This document shows positions 27,152 through 37,509 of a DNA stretch of 64,000 nt, piece after piece. A model generated the notes under the pieces. The model had not been told where the DNA came from and did not search any database. It saw only the letters and a list, made by a program, of their open reading frames with translations. The first letter of the stretch is position 1; every line of letters starts with the position of its first letter. Both the position numbers and the translations under genes were made by a program. Source of the DNA: Patescibacteria group bacterium (GTDB taxonomy: Bacteria; Patescibacteriota; Minisyncoccia; Phycocordibacterales; Phycocordibacteraceae); the NCBI GenBank assembly GCA_013815345.1, contig JACDGK010000002.1, positions 35,399-99,398 on the forward strand, in the 5' to 3' direction.

Positions 27152-28581
27152 CCCCCTAGTATATCAAGTGCGGCCCGAATGCGCAGCTCGCTCCCAGCAG
27201 AACCAAGTATATATATAAGCGAAAAGGGGTCTGGGGAGCGCTCCTGACCCGAAAGCCCGTATCGTAAGGGCCACAGGACAGCTCCTCGACCACCTTTTTC
27301 TTTAGGGTTTTCGTCTGCCACGGACATAATGGCGACTTTTATTTCCTCGATCGTTTTTCCGTCAGATTCCTTGATGAATGGCAGCAGATTGGTGAGAGTT
27401 GTGCGGGTGAAGCCTGCGGCTTCACCCGGTTCTTTCAAAAGGAGCATTTCTTCAGTAAGTACCGGTTGAGTAAAAATACAGGCAAGTTCTCCGGTGAGCA
27501 TTTCTCGGGCTTCGCCAAATGTATGCGCACGTTCTTTGAGTAAGGGCACCGTTTTCGAAAATCGTTCAGGATCGGGAGAAGTGAAATTACCTTGCACAGT
27601 AAACTCTCCACTCGAAAGCTGTCGAAGCCAGTATTGATTTACCGACAATAATTTTTCCTCATTAAAATGAGCGCCGGACTTGTTTACTTTATCAAAATCA
27701 AATGCCTGAATAAGTTCTTCGGAAGTGAAGTATTCTTGCTCGGTGCCGGGATTCCATCCTAACAGCGCAAGAAAATTTACAAATGCCTCGGGGAGATATC
27801 CTTCTGCACGATAGTCCAGAATATCTTTTGCGCCATCCCGTTTGCTCAATTTCTTTTTTCCTTCCTCACTGAGAATGGGTGGCAGTGTGGCGAACGCAGG
27901 AGGCGGCAATTCAAACGCATCGTACAGCGAAAGAAATTTAGGAGTAGAAGAAATGAATTCTTCCCCGCGCGTCACATGGGTAATCTGCATCTCGATGTCA
28001 TCAACGACATGTGCAAAGTTATACGTCGGGTACCCATCACTTTTTATAAGTATGAAGTCATCCAGTGCTTCTTCGCCTGCAGAAAGTTCACCGCGTACGA
28101 GGTCATTCCAGCTATATCGTTTAAGAAATGGTGTGCGAAAACGGAGTGGCTTTGTCCCATCCCATTCTTCACTTTGCTCTGGACGATGTTCTCGAAAAAG
28201 AAATGGCCGCTTCTCCATTTCCGCTTTCTGTCGAAGCTCCTCAAGCTCGTCAGGAGTATAGGGATCGGTATAAGCAAAACCACTCGCAATAAGCTTTTGA
28301 GCGTATGCTTGATAGATCGGGAGCCGAGCCGATTGCACGTAAGGCTCATGAAATCCTCCGATATCAGGCCCTTCATCCCACTGCAGCCCGAGCCAACGAA
28401 GGGATTCCATAATATGGCCGATCGAACCCTCCACCTCCCTTTCTTTGTCAGTGTCTTCGATGCGAAGAATAAAAGATCCGGAATGTTTGCGTGCATACAG
28501 CCACGCGTATAAGGCAGTGCGCACTCCTCCTATATGCATATATCCAGTGGGGCTCGGCGCAAAACGGGTCCGTACGTTCAT
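27148..28581 (-). CDS. gltX: Glutamate--tRNA ligase
   Basis: RFAPSPTG.MHIGG, LRIEDTD, KLSKR. Confidence 0.96.
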   Translation of the reverse strand: MNVRTRFAPSPTGYMHIGGVRTALYAWLYARKHSGSFILRIEDTDKEREVEGSIGHIMESLRWLGLQWDEGPDIGGFHEPYVQSARLPIYQAYAQKLIASGFAYTDPYTPDELEELRQKAEMEKRPFLFREHRPEQSEEWDGTKPLRFRTPFLKRYSWNDLVRGELSAGEEALDDFILIKSDGYPTYNFAHVVDDIEMQITHVTRGEEFISSTPKFLSLYDAFELPPPAFATLPPILSEEGKKKLSKRDGAKDILDYRAEGYLPEAFVNFLALLGWNPGTEQEYFTSEELIQAFDFDKVNKSGAHFNEEKLLSVNQYWLRQLSSGEFTVQGNFTSPDPERFSKTVPLLKERAHTFGEAREMLTGELACIFTQPVLTEEMLLLKEPGEAAGFTRTTLTNLLPFIKESDGKTIEEIKVAIMSVADENPKEKGGRGAVLWPLRYGLSGQERSPDPFSLIYILGSAGSELRIRAALDILGG

Positions 28582-28584
28582 ACG

Positions 28585-29748
28585 TTATGCAGCCTCTGGC
28601 TTCTTTTTATCCGTCTCATGGGAAAGACTGATCGCAATGAGTTCTTCCGCAATAATGCGTGCCGCGTCGAGATTTGCGAACGAGCTTCCCTTTTCACCCA
28701 TGTTCTTTGCCAATGCAGGGTCACTGGTGATTCGACGTATTTCTGACACCAGTAAATGCGGCGTCATATTTTCCTCTTCCAAGACAACAGCTGCGCCGGT
28801 GTGGGCATAGGAATACGCGTTTGTGCGCTGGTCGTGACTTATTGATTCGGGTATCGGAATGAGAATAGCTGGCTTTTTCCAAAATGAAATCTCATTGATC
28901 GAACTGCTGCCAGCGCGTGAGACGATAAGATCGGCAGCGCCGGCAGCTTCTCGAAGCGAATCAGCAGCGAGATACGGAAAAACATGGTAACGGGTTTTGT
29001 TTGGATCATTCTGCAAGATCACGGCCGATTCCGTTTCGGTCTCTCTGAAATTGTCTTTACCGGTCTGGTGAATTACATTTACGGATGAAACCAAACTGAT
29101 CAATCCCTCGAGCACGATTCGATTGATACGCATGCTGCCTAGCGAACCGCCAATGATAAGTACGGTGGGAACAGTAGGATCAAGGCCGAGTAGTTGTTTA
29201 GCACCTTCTGCTTCCGGCAGCGAAAGACCTTTACGGATCGGTGTTCCGGTAAGCGCAATCTTTCCGCGCACTTTTTCAGGAAGATAGGTTGCGACACTCT
29301 CGAATGCGACCGCAATGCGATACGCGTATTTAGACGCAAGAATATTTGCACGCCCAGGCTTTGCATCAGATTCATGAATAACAATAGGAATACCAAGAAA
29401 ATGTGCCGCAAGCACCGTTGGAACACTTGCGTAACCTCCTTTAGAAAACACGACATCAGGATACAGTCTAAAAAGTTTGAGCAAACACCAGAATGTACCC
29501 CAGAGCGTGACGAATATATCGGTTATATTTCGCGCTGAAGCGTAGCGCCGCATCTTGCCCGCTGGGCTTCGGAGGTACTCGATATTATTTGCGAAAAGAG
29601 CCTGCTCATCAAAGGCCTGTGGGCCCATGTAGTAGAGACGCGGCTCTACAAGGTCACGTTCTCGCGCGATGCGGTGCACTTCTTCCGCGACCGCAATAAG
29701 TGGATAAAAATGTCCTCCTGAACCTGCACCGGTAAATACTATCTTCAT
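28585..29748 (-). CDS. murG: Lipid II GlcNAc transferase MurG
   Basis: GSGGHFYP, KGGYAS, HESDAKPG.AN, GGSLGS, SRAG, DQRTNA. Confidence 0.95.
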   Translation of the reverse strand: MKIVFTGAGSGGHFYPLIAVAEEVHRIARERDLVEPRLYYMGPQAFDEQALFANNIEYLRSPAGKMRRYASARNITDIFVTLWGTFWCLLKLFRLYPDVVFSKGGYASVPTVLAAHFLGIPIVIHESDAKPGRANILASKYAYRIAVAFESVATYLPEKVRGKIALTGTPIRKGLSLPEAEGAKQLLGLDPTVPTVLIIGGSLGSMRINRIVLEGLISLVSSVNVIHQTGKDNFRETETESAVILQNDPNKTRYHVFPYLAADSLREAAGAADLIVSRAGSSSINEISFWKKPAILIPIPESISHDQRTNAYSYAHTGAAVVLEEENMTPHLLVSEIRRITSDPALAKNMGEKGSSFANLDAARIIAEELIAISLSHETDKKKPEAA

Positions 29749-30860
29749 ATTTTAGTCTTGCGTCTCGTTCGATGCGCAGCAATATTTAAAATAATTCCCA
29801 CTGACGCCAGAGCGGCAAGAAGCGCTGTTCCTCCCTGGCTGATAAATGGAAGCGGTAGACCCGTGAGTGGAAGTACGCCAAGCATCGCGCCAATGTTCAG
29901 AAACGCCGAAAACGTGATAAGCAGTGTGAGACCGGTGACGGTCAGTGCTCCGAACGTTGTCGCTGCTTCTCCGGCGATCATAAGTCCCCGCGCTGCAAAC
30001 GCTATAAACACCAGAACGAGGAGTGTTGTACCGAGAAATCCGAATTCTTCTCCGTATACGGCAAAGATTGAATCGCCGTTTGGTTCGGGCAGATAGTTGA
30101 ATTTCTGCACACTTTGTCCGAATCCTCTGCCCACTAACCGGCCTGATCCAATAGCAATAAGCGATTGCTGAATCTGATAGCCGCTACTTAAAGAGGCGCC
30201 GGCGGGATCAATATACGTCTTAATGCGACCTAAAAGATAGGGGCGCATAAGTACTAGAAGAACTAATCCGATAGCCGCGGTCGCAAAGATAATGCCGAAA
30301 TCTCGCCACGGTGCGCCGGCAAGAAAATACAGCGCAACACAGGTGGCACCCATCACCAGTGTTGTCGAGGTGTTCGGCTGCGCAATAAGAATAATTGCAG
30401 GGATACCGACGATAACCCCGAAAGGAATAAGCCCACGCCGGATGTCTTTGATCTTGTTCTTCACTTGTGCAAGGTACGCGGAAAGCATCAGGATGACAGC
30501 TATTTTGAGAAATTCCGCAGGCTGTACCGTCACCGGTCCGAGCTGAATCCACCTGGTAGCGCCGTTGGCGTGATAACCCAAATGCGGAATGAATACTACG
30601 AGAGTAAGAATGATAGCGCTAATATAAAATGGAAAGACGGCCTTCGTGATCCATTGTGGAGGAGCAAAACGTAAGAATGTAAGCGCAATAACTCCCGGAA
30701 TAAGTCCAAGAATGATCTGACTGATAGCGATATGCCACAGCGTTTGGCCTGCGCGCGCAAGAAGTCCTAGAGAGGCAGAAGCGAACACCGCAAGTCCTCC
30801 TACGATAAGAATCGTGACGATGATAGCAAGTACTCGATCTCCAGAAAAGCGGGCAAACAT
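29745..30860 (-). CDS. ftsW: SEDS peptidoglycan polymerase FtsW
   Basis: GATRWI, QPAEFLK, YQIQQSLIAIGSG, LPEPNGDSIF, PLTGLPLPFISQGG; between mraY and murG. Confidence 0.92.
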   Translation of the reverse strand: MFARFSGDRVLAIIVTILIVGGLAVFASASLGLLARAGQTLWHIAISQIILGLIPGVIALTFLRFAPPQWITKAVFPFYISAIILTLVVFIPHLGYHANGATRWIQLGPVTVQPAEFLKIAVILMLSAYLAQVKNKIKDIRRGLIPFGVIVGIPAIILIAQPNTSTTLVMGATCVALYFLAGAPWRDFGIIFATAAIGLVLLVLMRPYLLGRIKTYIDPAGASLSSGYQIQQSLIAIGSGRLVGRGFGQSVQKFNYLPEPNGDSIFAVYGEEFGFLGTTLLVLVFIAFAARGLMIAGEAATTFGALTVTGLTLLITFSAFLNIGAMLGVLPLTGLPLPFISQGGTALLAALASVGIILNIAAHRTRRKTKI

Positions 30861-30890
30861 AGTAGTTCTATTTTACACTGCCACGCGACT

Positions 30891-31955
30891 TTATTTCAAA
30901 AGAGCCACTGCTAACCCGAAGATTCCAGCCATAATCGAAACAATCCAGTACCGCATGGTGACCTTATAGGCAGGCCACCCAATCATCTCAAAATGGTGGT
31001 GAATGGGTGCGATACGAAAAAGCTTCTTTTTAAATACTTTCTTCCAGAAGACTTGGAGCATATTGGTAACCACCGTGAGAGTAAGTGGCAGAGCTATGAT
31101 AGGCAACACCGTAACCCCGATCCCCCCCCCAAGTGTATCGGCAGAAAAAGCAGTAATAGCTAAGGCTATCGTCAAGGCCATTGTTCCTGTTTCAGACAGG
31201 TAAAAACGTGCGGGAGGAATATTGAACCAAAGAAAGGCGAATACCCCTCCTGACACAGTTGCTGCAAAACCCGCAAGCGCGATCTGGTTTTGAGAAAAAG
31301 CTATTGCTGCATAAATAATGAAAATGATGGCGAATACTCCACCTGCGAGCCCGTCGATGCCATCGATGACTCCGCTTGCGTACAACGCAAGCGTAACAAC
31401 TATAAAAAATAAAATGAAAAACGGACCGAGGTGAAGTATGCCCCCGAATGGAATGCCGATTGTGGAGACGCCGAGCTTCGCGTAAAACCACCACCCTGCA
31501 AACGCTGCAAATATCGCAACGATAAAAAGTCGCCAGCGCAGGCGCATGCCGCCGTTGCTTCTCGTCACTTCCAGAAAGTCATCGACTAATCCCGTAAGAC
31601 CTCCAACCAGAAGAGCGGTCAACGGAAGCCATGTTTGGCCGCGATTGATAAAATTAAGAAGTTCGAATGGCCCATCGAAAAGGAAGCCAAGCAGAGCGAG
31701 GCCGAAGGTTGTTATGGCCACACTGCTCCACACCAAGATCCCGCCCATGCGCGGCGTCGAGACCTCACGTTCCTTATGAAGTGCATCAAAAAGAGGCGTA
31801 CCGTGAGTGTCCCCAAGACCTTTCCCTTTTCCGCTTTTCTTTTTCCACGCTTTATATTTGTAAAGATAATACGAAAGGAGTGGTGCGAGCAGAAGCCCTA
31901 CGGAAAAAGAAATGATGAACGGCGTCAGTACACGTGCGGCATCGAGGACATGCAT
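30891..31955 (-). CDS. mraY: Phospho-N-acetylmuramoyl-pentapeptide transferase
   Basis: TPRMGG, GLVDD, DGIDGL, FNIPPA, APIHHHFE. Confidence 0.95.
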   Translation of the reverse strand: MHVLDAARVLTPFIISFSVGLLLAPLLSYYLYKYKAWKKKSGKGKGLGDTHGTPLFDALHKEREVSTPRMGGILVWSSVAITTFGLALLGFLFDGPFELLNFINRGQTWLPLTALLVGGLTGLVDDFLEVTRSNGGMRLRWRLFIVAIFAAFAGWWFYAKLGVSTIGIPFGGILHLGPFFILFFIVVTLALYASGVIDGIDGLAGGVFAIIFIIYAAIAFSQNQIALAGFAATVSGGVFAFLWFNIPPARFYLSETGTMALTIALAITAFSADTLGGGIGVTVLPIIALPLTLTVVTNMLQVFWKKVFKKKLFRIAPIHHHFEMIGWPAYKVTMRYWIVSIMAGIFGLAVALLK

Positions 31956-31959
31956 ATCA

Positions 31960-32952
31960 TTATGACGGTACGGTTCCCCCGAAGTGCGCAAGGGTGGCCT
32001 TCATCAATTGTCCCACGTCGGTAAAACGTCCCGTTTCGGTCGATCCCAACACGACGATAGCGACCGGGTGCCCTATTCCCGCGTCATACACCACTACTAA
32101 ATTCCCGCCGGCAAGATCGGTGTACCCGGTTTTTGAAAGCAAAAGATTAGGGAGATGCGTAACGTCAATATTAGTGTTTGCAAAGGAGTGCCGTATGCCT
32201 TCAAGGGATCGAATAGATACTGAAGGCTGCGTCGTCGCTTGGGCGATCTGTGGAGCTTTTTTAATAAGTGCACCCGCCAATACCGCAACGTCATGCGCTG
32301 ATCCATATCCTCCTGAGACTTCAGTATCTTTGTCCAAACCCGTGCTGTTATTTGCGTGGGTTTGGGTTAATCCAGCAGCAGCAGCAGCGCTAGCTAGCAG
32401 AGAGCTCGTATCCTTATTTTTTTGGATACCGGCTGCTTCGACGATTGCTTCAGCGCCGTCGTTTGATGACGCTGCGAGGGTGAGACGCGCAAGGTCTTCG
32501 AAATTAAATGTTTCTCCGGCGGTAAATCCATTATCCGCCGCGTCTCCATTTTGCGCGAGCGCCAGCGGTGTCATCACGACAGGGCTAGAAGGTTGCAGCA
32601 CGTTCGATGCCGCGTATAAGGTGAGAAGCTTGGTGATGGAAGCGAGTGGCAGTGGTGTGGTGGCATTTTGTGCGTATAACGTCTTACCAGTAGTGAGATC
32701 GTATACTACGGCAGCCTTACCGATGAGTGAGAGATTCACATAGGCGTTTTTTGTAGAAAAAGGTGTCGAGGAAGCATCTCCAATATTCGGGGGTCGTATT
32801 ATTTGCGCGGAAACAGTATCCGTAAATGAATTGAGTATAAAAAAAGTTCCAATACCAAGAATACCAATAATCGCTACCACTATAATCCCGAGTCGCCAGT
32901 AGAATCGGGATTGTTCTTTCTGTATGCGTCGTGCGAGATTAGGAGTCTTCAT
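31960..32952 (-). CDS. D-alanyl-D-alanine carboxypeptidase (S11)
   Basis: SITK, SSN and KTG motifs; N-terminal TM. Confidence 0.9.
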   Translation of the reverse strand: MKTPNLARRIQKEQSRFYWRLGIIVVAIIGILGIGTFFILNSFTDTVSAQIIRPPNIGDASSTPFSTKNAYVNLSLIGKAAVVYDLTTGKTLYAQNATTPLPLASITKLLTLYAASNVLQPSSPVVMTPLALAQNGDAADNGFTAGETFNFEDLARLTLAASSNDGAEAIVEAAGIQKNKDTSSLLASAAAAAGLTQTHANNSTGLDKDTEVSGGYGSAHDVAVLAGALIKKAPQIAQATTQPSVSIRSLEGIRHSFANTNIDVTHLPNLLLSKTGYTDLAGGNLVVVYDAGIGHPVAIVVLGSTETGRFTDVGQLMKATLAHFGGTVPS

Positions 32953-33511
32953 TTTCACTTTCCGTGCTCTCGCTGTCTACACTCACGGCAACCTTGCTGG
33001 CAAGCTCTTTGGTAAGTTCCTCATACTGCGGTAATTCATCGGCACTGCGCACCCCCAGGTGCGCGAGTGCTTCGATAGTTGCGGTATAGCGTATGCGTCG
33101 GCGATCCTGCGCGTCTTCGCTGCGCAGTACCAGACCTCGCAGTGAAAGAGAACGAAGCGCCGTTGCGGAATTTACGCCGCGTACCCAATCAATTTCGCTG
33201 CGCGTCGCGCCTTTTTTATATAAAATGATGGAAAGCGTCTCAAGGCCAGCCTTTCCAAGATCGCGGGAAAGTTCACTCTCCCGAAATTTTTGAATGAGTG
33301 GAGAAGCTTCTAGCGCCGTGCGGAGTTCCAGCTCCTCTCCTGCTATCACAAGTGCAAGTCCAGAATCTTCAAGCATGGTATGAAGTCCCGCAATAGCTTG
33401 CTCCAATTCTTCAGTAGAAATGCCCATCAAGACGACAAGCCGTTTTTTAGAAAGCGCCTCCCCTGCAGCAAATAGTAGGGCTTGCAGGGCAGCCAAATGA
33501 GAAAACGTCAT
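32939..33511 (-). CDS. scpB: SMC-Scp complex subunit ScpB
   Basis: ALLFAAGE, LETLSIILY, RSEIDWVRGVNS. Confidence 0.93.
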   Translation of the reverse strand: MTFSHLAALQALLFAAGEALSKKRLVVLMGISTEELEQAIAGLHTMLEDSGLALVIAGEELELRTALEASPLIQKFRESELSRDLGKAGLETLSIILYKKGATRSEIDWVRGVNSATALRSLSLRGLVLRSEDAQDRRRIRYTATIEALAHLGVRSADELPQYEELTKELASKVAVSVDSESTESENEDS

Positions 33512-33575
33512 GCACAAATAGTAGCACTTTATCCACTAAAATAAAGCTTTATTGCCCGCTCGTCGGCATTTCGCC

Positions 33576-33771
33576 CTACATTCCACTCTCTAGTTGTGGC
33601 TGATGAGTGATTTCCTCAACGAGTCCCCAAAACGCGACTACGCCGATCAGAATGCCTGCGCCCACCAGCATCCATTCAAGAGTCGCGTTCATAGCGCCAA
33701 AGAGGTTTGCCCCCCAGCGAAAGCAGTATAAGTCCAAGCCCCAGAATACTATTCAAAGCATGTTGCCACAT
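33576..33771 (-). pseudogene. Frameshifted small membrane protein (SPW-repeat-like, 64 aa if corrected)
   Basis: MWQHALNSILGLGLILLSLG, an extra base in the G6 tract at 33710-33715, then ANLFGAMNATLEWMLVGAGILIGVVAFWGLVEE...; span 196 nt = 3n+1. Confidence 0.7.
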
Positions 33772-33878
33772 AGGTAGTTAGGAGATAGCTCTAATAAAAT
33801 CGACCTACTTCCACTTTCTAAGGATATACACACTCCTCATGAAGAGCGGGTGAAATTTATGACATTATGATTTTTATT

Positions 33879-34619
33879 TTATCCGTAATGCGGGACGCCA
33901 GCTGAGGCATTGGTGATTTTAATATCGGAAAAGACGCCGGGCTGGGCTGCCTCCACAATGCCTTGCTTTACGAGCTCGAGAAGCGCAAGAAATGAAACGA
34001 TCACCTCTATTTTCTCGGCGTTTGTGCCTGAAAATTCTCTGAATGAGAGCGTGAGCGCGCTCTGCACGCGCGAGCTCAGACGATCCATCATCTCTTCAAT
34101 CGTCACCATGGGACGCACGCGAGCCTCGGGAAGTTTCTCTTCTTTCTCATGGCTAAGAAGCGCTTCGCGTAGTGCTTTTTCTAAGGAATCCAATGAAAGA
34201 TCTCGGCTGGGTGCAAACACCGGTTCTGATTCCCTATCGCCGGCGGATACGAGTACGTGAGAACCAAAAAGGTGCCCCAGTTGTTGGGCTGCGTCTCGAG
34301 TTTTTTCATAGAGACGCAACCGATCTTTGAGCTCTTCGACATCTCCCTCTTCTTCGGTCGATAGGTCGAGATCTGGAATGAGCGACCTGGATTTTATTAA
34401 AAGCAACGTAGCGGCAACACCGATAAAATTCGCCGCCGCTTCCATAGGAAATGCTGCTTGGCTACGCACGTGCTGGATGTAATCATCCGTCACCTGCGAA
34501 AGCGAAAGTTCGTTGACGAGCAACTTTCGTTTCTCGATAAGCTCCAGCACCAGTTCAAAGGGACCTTCGTAGCTCGAGGTCCGTACGGTAAATTCTTTGG
34601 GTGTAATTACGCCTTCCAT
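33879..34619 (-). CDS. scpA: Segregation and condensation protein ScpA
   Basis: YEGPFELVLELIEK, ATLLLIKSRSL, FLALLELVK. Confidence 0.94.
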   Translation of the reverse strand: MEGVITPKEFTVRTSSYEGPFELVLELIEKRKLLVNELSLSQVTDDYIQHVRSQAAFPMEAAANFIGVAATLLLIKSRSLIPDLDLSTEEEGDVEELKDRLRLYEKTRDAAQQLGHLFGSHVLVSAGDRESEPVFAPSRDLSLDSLEKALREALLSHEKEEKLPEARVRPMVTIEEMMDRLSSRVQSALTLSFREFSGTNAEKIEVIVSFLALLELVKQGIVEAAQPGVFSDIKITNASAGVPHYG

Positions 34620-36040
34620 GATTCGATAAAGGAGAGCAAGAGTCGAACCGGTGCACCTGCTGCACCCTTTGCGAGTTCGTCACCGGGCGCCGCGGTCATT
34701 CGCGGCGCGATGTCGAGATGCGCCCACGGGCACTCAAGTTCTTTTGCGAACTGCCAGAGAAACATGCCACCTTCTATTGCCCCACCGTATTTTCCTCCTG
34801 GTTGGATGCTTGAATTAGTAACATCAGCAAATGTTCCCTGCACGAGTGGCTCGTACTCGTCCCACATCGGTAGTCTCCAGAGATAGTCGCCACTCGTCTC
34901 CCCAAGCTCTGAAAGTTGCGCGGCAAGTTTGTCATCCCGCGTGAGGAGCCCAGATGCATACAGACCGAGCGCTCCTATTGCAGCTCCCGTGAGCGTTGCC
35001 ACATCGATCACCACACTCGGCTTAAAACGTTTCGCGTAGGTGATCGCATCAGCAAGAATGAGTCGCCCTTCTGCGTCAGTGTTTAACACCTCGATGGTCT
35101 TTCCCGAAAGTGATTTCAATACATCCCCCGGACGGGTTGCGTCGTTGCCGGGCATGTTTTCCGCAGATGGAATAAGTCCGATGACGTTTTTTTTCATGCC
35201 GAGTTTTGCTGCAAGTGCTACGGCATGAATGACTGCTGCAGCGCCCGACATATCCATATGCATTTCATAGATATGTGCGGATGGCTTCAGATTCAATCCC
35301 CCGCTGTCGAAGGTAATTCCTTTACCGGCCAGCACGATAGGCTTCGAGGTTTCGCCTCCCTTGTACTCCATGATCGTAAAAGTGGACTCCTCTGAGGACC
35401 CATATCCAACCCCCAAAAGCGCCCCCATACCGAGTTTTTCCATCTCAGCCTCGCCGAGAGTACGCACCGTGACCGATTTAATGCCCTTTACAGCGTCTTT
35501 TGCCGCCTGAGCCAGCATTCGTGGGCTCATGTCCCCTCCCGGGGTATTGGCGAGCTCGCGGCAGGCATTCACCTCCTGACCAATAACCTGCCCTCGTTTT
35601 GCCGCGTCCTCCAAGGATTTCATCGACTTCCCACAGATCAGTATTTCCTCTACCATATTCCAACCCCCTTTCGGCTTAGTTTTAAAAGTGTTGAATTCAA
35701 AATTTGCCATCTCAAAGTTTTGCGCCGCAATCGAGGAGAGTTCTTCCGGAGAGATACCCTTCAGACCCTTCAAGATCTGCGGCGTTCGATCAAACTGCAG
35801 TGCGATTTTCTTTATGTTGTTCTGCTTTGCAATCTGCACTATCGAACGACAAAGGAGCACGAATTTTCGTCGGGTGATCTCACCACCCTTTTCGTTTACC
35901 TTCCCAACTCCGATCTCAATGGTGTCCGTCTTTCCTTCACGCACGATCCTTCGCATGCCTTTGTCTTCTTCAACCAACCGTACGTGGGTGTATCCTGCTG
36001 CTGTTTCTTCAACCTGTGTACGTGAAAAAGAGATGTTCAT
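34607..36040 (-). CDS. pepA: Leucyl aminopeptidase (M17)
   Basis: GKGITFDSGG, DMSGAA, NTDAEGRL, ATLTGA. Confidence 0.94.
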   Translation of the reverse strand: MNISFSRTQVEETAAGYTHVRLVEEDKGMRRIVREGKTDTIEIGVGKVNEKGGEITRRKFVLLCRSIVQIAKQNNIKKIALQFDRTPQILKGLKGISPEELSSIAAQNFEMANFEFNTFKTKPKGGWNMVEEILICGKSMKSLEDAAKRGQVIGQEVNACRELANTPGGDMSPRMLAQAAKDAVKGIKSVTVRTLGEAEMEKLGMGALLGVGYGSSEESTFTIMEYKGGETSKPIVLAGKGITFDSGGLNLKPSAHIYEMHMDMSGAAAVIHAVALAAKLGMKKNVIGLIPSAENMPGNDATRPGDVLKSLSGKTIEVLNTDAEGRLILADAITYAKRFKPSVVIDVATLTGAAIGALGLYASGLLTRDDKLAAQLSELGETSGDYLWRLPMWDEYEPLVQGTFADVTNSSIQPGGKYGGAIEGGMFLWQFAKELECPWAHLDIAPRMTAAPGDELAKGAAGAPVRLLLSFIESWKA

Positions 36041-36044
36041 AGGA

Positions 36045-37448
36045 TTACTTTTCATTTTTCTTATCAATACTAATACCAAGTTCTTTCAGTTGTTTTTCTG
36101 CGAGAGGTTTCGGCGCGTTCATCACGGCGGTCTGTCCGCCGCGAGTCATGGGGAATGCTTGGACTTCTCGGAGGTATGTCTCACCGGTGAGATTCATTAA
36201 GTTACGCTCAACCCCAAGTGCTATACCACCATGCGGCGGTGTTCCATATTTAAACGCCTGCAGCATATGACCAATACTTGCTTCCGTTTCTTCAGAAGAA
36301 TATCCCATCACTTTATAGGTTGCTTCGAGTATCTCCGGACGATGTGCACGTATGCTGCCGCCGCCAGACTCATAGCCGTTACAGATCAAATCATACTGAG
36401 TCGTGAGAATGTCGCCGATATCCTCACCGGTCATTAGCTTTTCAACATGCTCTGGAATAGGCATCGAAAACGGATTGTGTGTGAAGGTCCACTTCTCTTC
36501 CTCGGTTTTCTCAAAGAATGGGAAATCAATGACCCATGCGTACGCTAGAATGCCCTTCTCCTTTTCTTCCTCGGTGCGAAGATCAAACTTGTCGGCACCA
36601 TATTTTTCCATTGATTCTTTGTACGAAATACGCGGGAACGGCTTATCTTTAATTGTAAAGCCCATTGCTTCGACTGTTTCGGTGATCATGTGCTCAACCA
36701 TGGCCATAACGTCATCGCGTTCGACGAATGACATCTCAATATCGATCTGCGTGTGCTCAAACCCGCGATCAGCACGAAGGTCTTCATCGCGTATAGCGCG
36801 AGCTGTTTGGAAGTATCGTTCAAAGCCAGCGGTCATCAGTAGCTGCTTATATTGTTGGGGAGACTGTGGAAGCGCATAAAATTTTCCCGGATTAAGTCTC
36901 GAAGGCACCACGAAGTCACGAGAACCTTCAGGGGTTGATTCGGTGAGAAGCGGCGTCTCTATTTCGGTAAAACTCTTATTAAAAAGAAACTCGCGGCATC
37001 GCTGTACAAACTCACTGCGCATTCGAATATTTTTCTGCATGCGTGCTGAGCGTAAGTCAATGTATCGATATCTTAATCGTGCGTTCTCATCAATGCCGCT
37101 CGTGTCTGATCCAATTTCAAATGGGATGGTATCGGAAGAAGAAAGTACGGTCAGGGCTTTTATTTCAAGCTCAATGTTCCCATTGATTCGATCAGCCTGC
37201 ACATTTTTTTCCGGGCGTTTATTTATTATGCCTTCCATCCGTACGACAAATTCAGATCGCACTTCCTTTGCTATTGCCATGAGCTCTTCGTTGCCCGGAA
37301 GCACAACACCTTGAACGTAGCCGGTACGATCTCGCACGTCAAAAAAGACAAGCTTGCCTTGATCGCGACGCACATCCACCCATCCTGAAATGGAGACGGT
37401 TTTGCCGATATGCTGGCGTAGCTCACCTATAAGGATACGGTCAGTCAT
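36045..37448 (-). CDS. aspS: Aspartate--tRNA ligase (short form without the GAD insertion)
   Basis: OB fold, LPQSPQQYKQLLM, RDEDLRADR, PPHGGIALG; 467 aa. Confidence 0.94.
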   Translation of the reverse strand: MTDRILIGELRQHIGKTVSISGWVDVRRDQGKLVFFDVRDRTGYVQGVVLPGNEELMAIAKEVRSEFVVRMEGIINKRPEKNVQADRINGNIELEIKALTVLSSSDTIPFEIGSDTSGIDENARLRYRYIDLRSARMQKNIRMRSEFVQRCREFLFNKSFTEIETPLLTESTPEGSRDFVVPSRLNPGKFYALPQSPQQYKQLLMTAGFERYFQTARAIRDEDLRADRGFEHTQIDIEMSFVERDDVMAMVEHMITETVEAMGFTIKDKPFPRISYKESMEKYGADKFDLRTEEEKEKGILAYAWVIDFPFFEKTEEEKWTFTHNPFSMPIPEHVEKLMTGEDIGDILTTQYDLICNGYESGGGSIRAHRPEILEATYKVMGYSSEETEASIGHMLQAFKYGTPPHGGIALGVERNLMNLTGETYLREVQAFPMTRGGQTAVMNAPKPLAEKQLKELGISIDKKNEK

Positions 37449-37509
37449 AGTCTTAAAATACCACGAGGAATTGGACTTGTAATGGCTATGTCGGAGTCGA
37501 TTCTATTTC

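Noticed and set aside
31934-32743. 269-aa + strand ORF
   Set aside because: Antisense to a DD-carboxypeptidase with all three catalytic motifs.
33520-33545. Replication origin suggested by a DnaA-box-like ttatccact
   Set aside because: Single imperfect box with no cluster and no dnaA or dnaN nearby.
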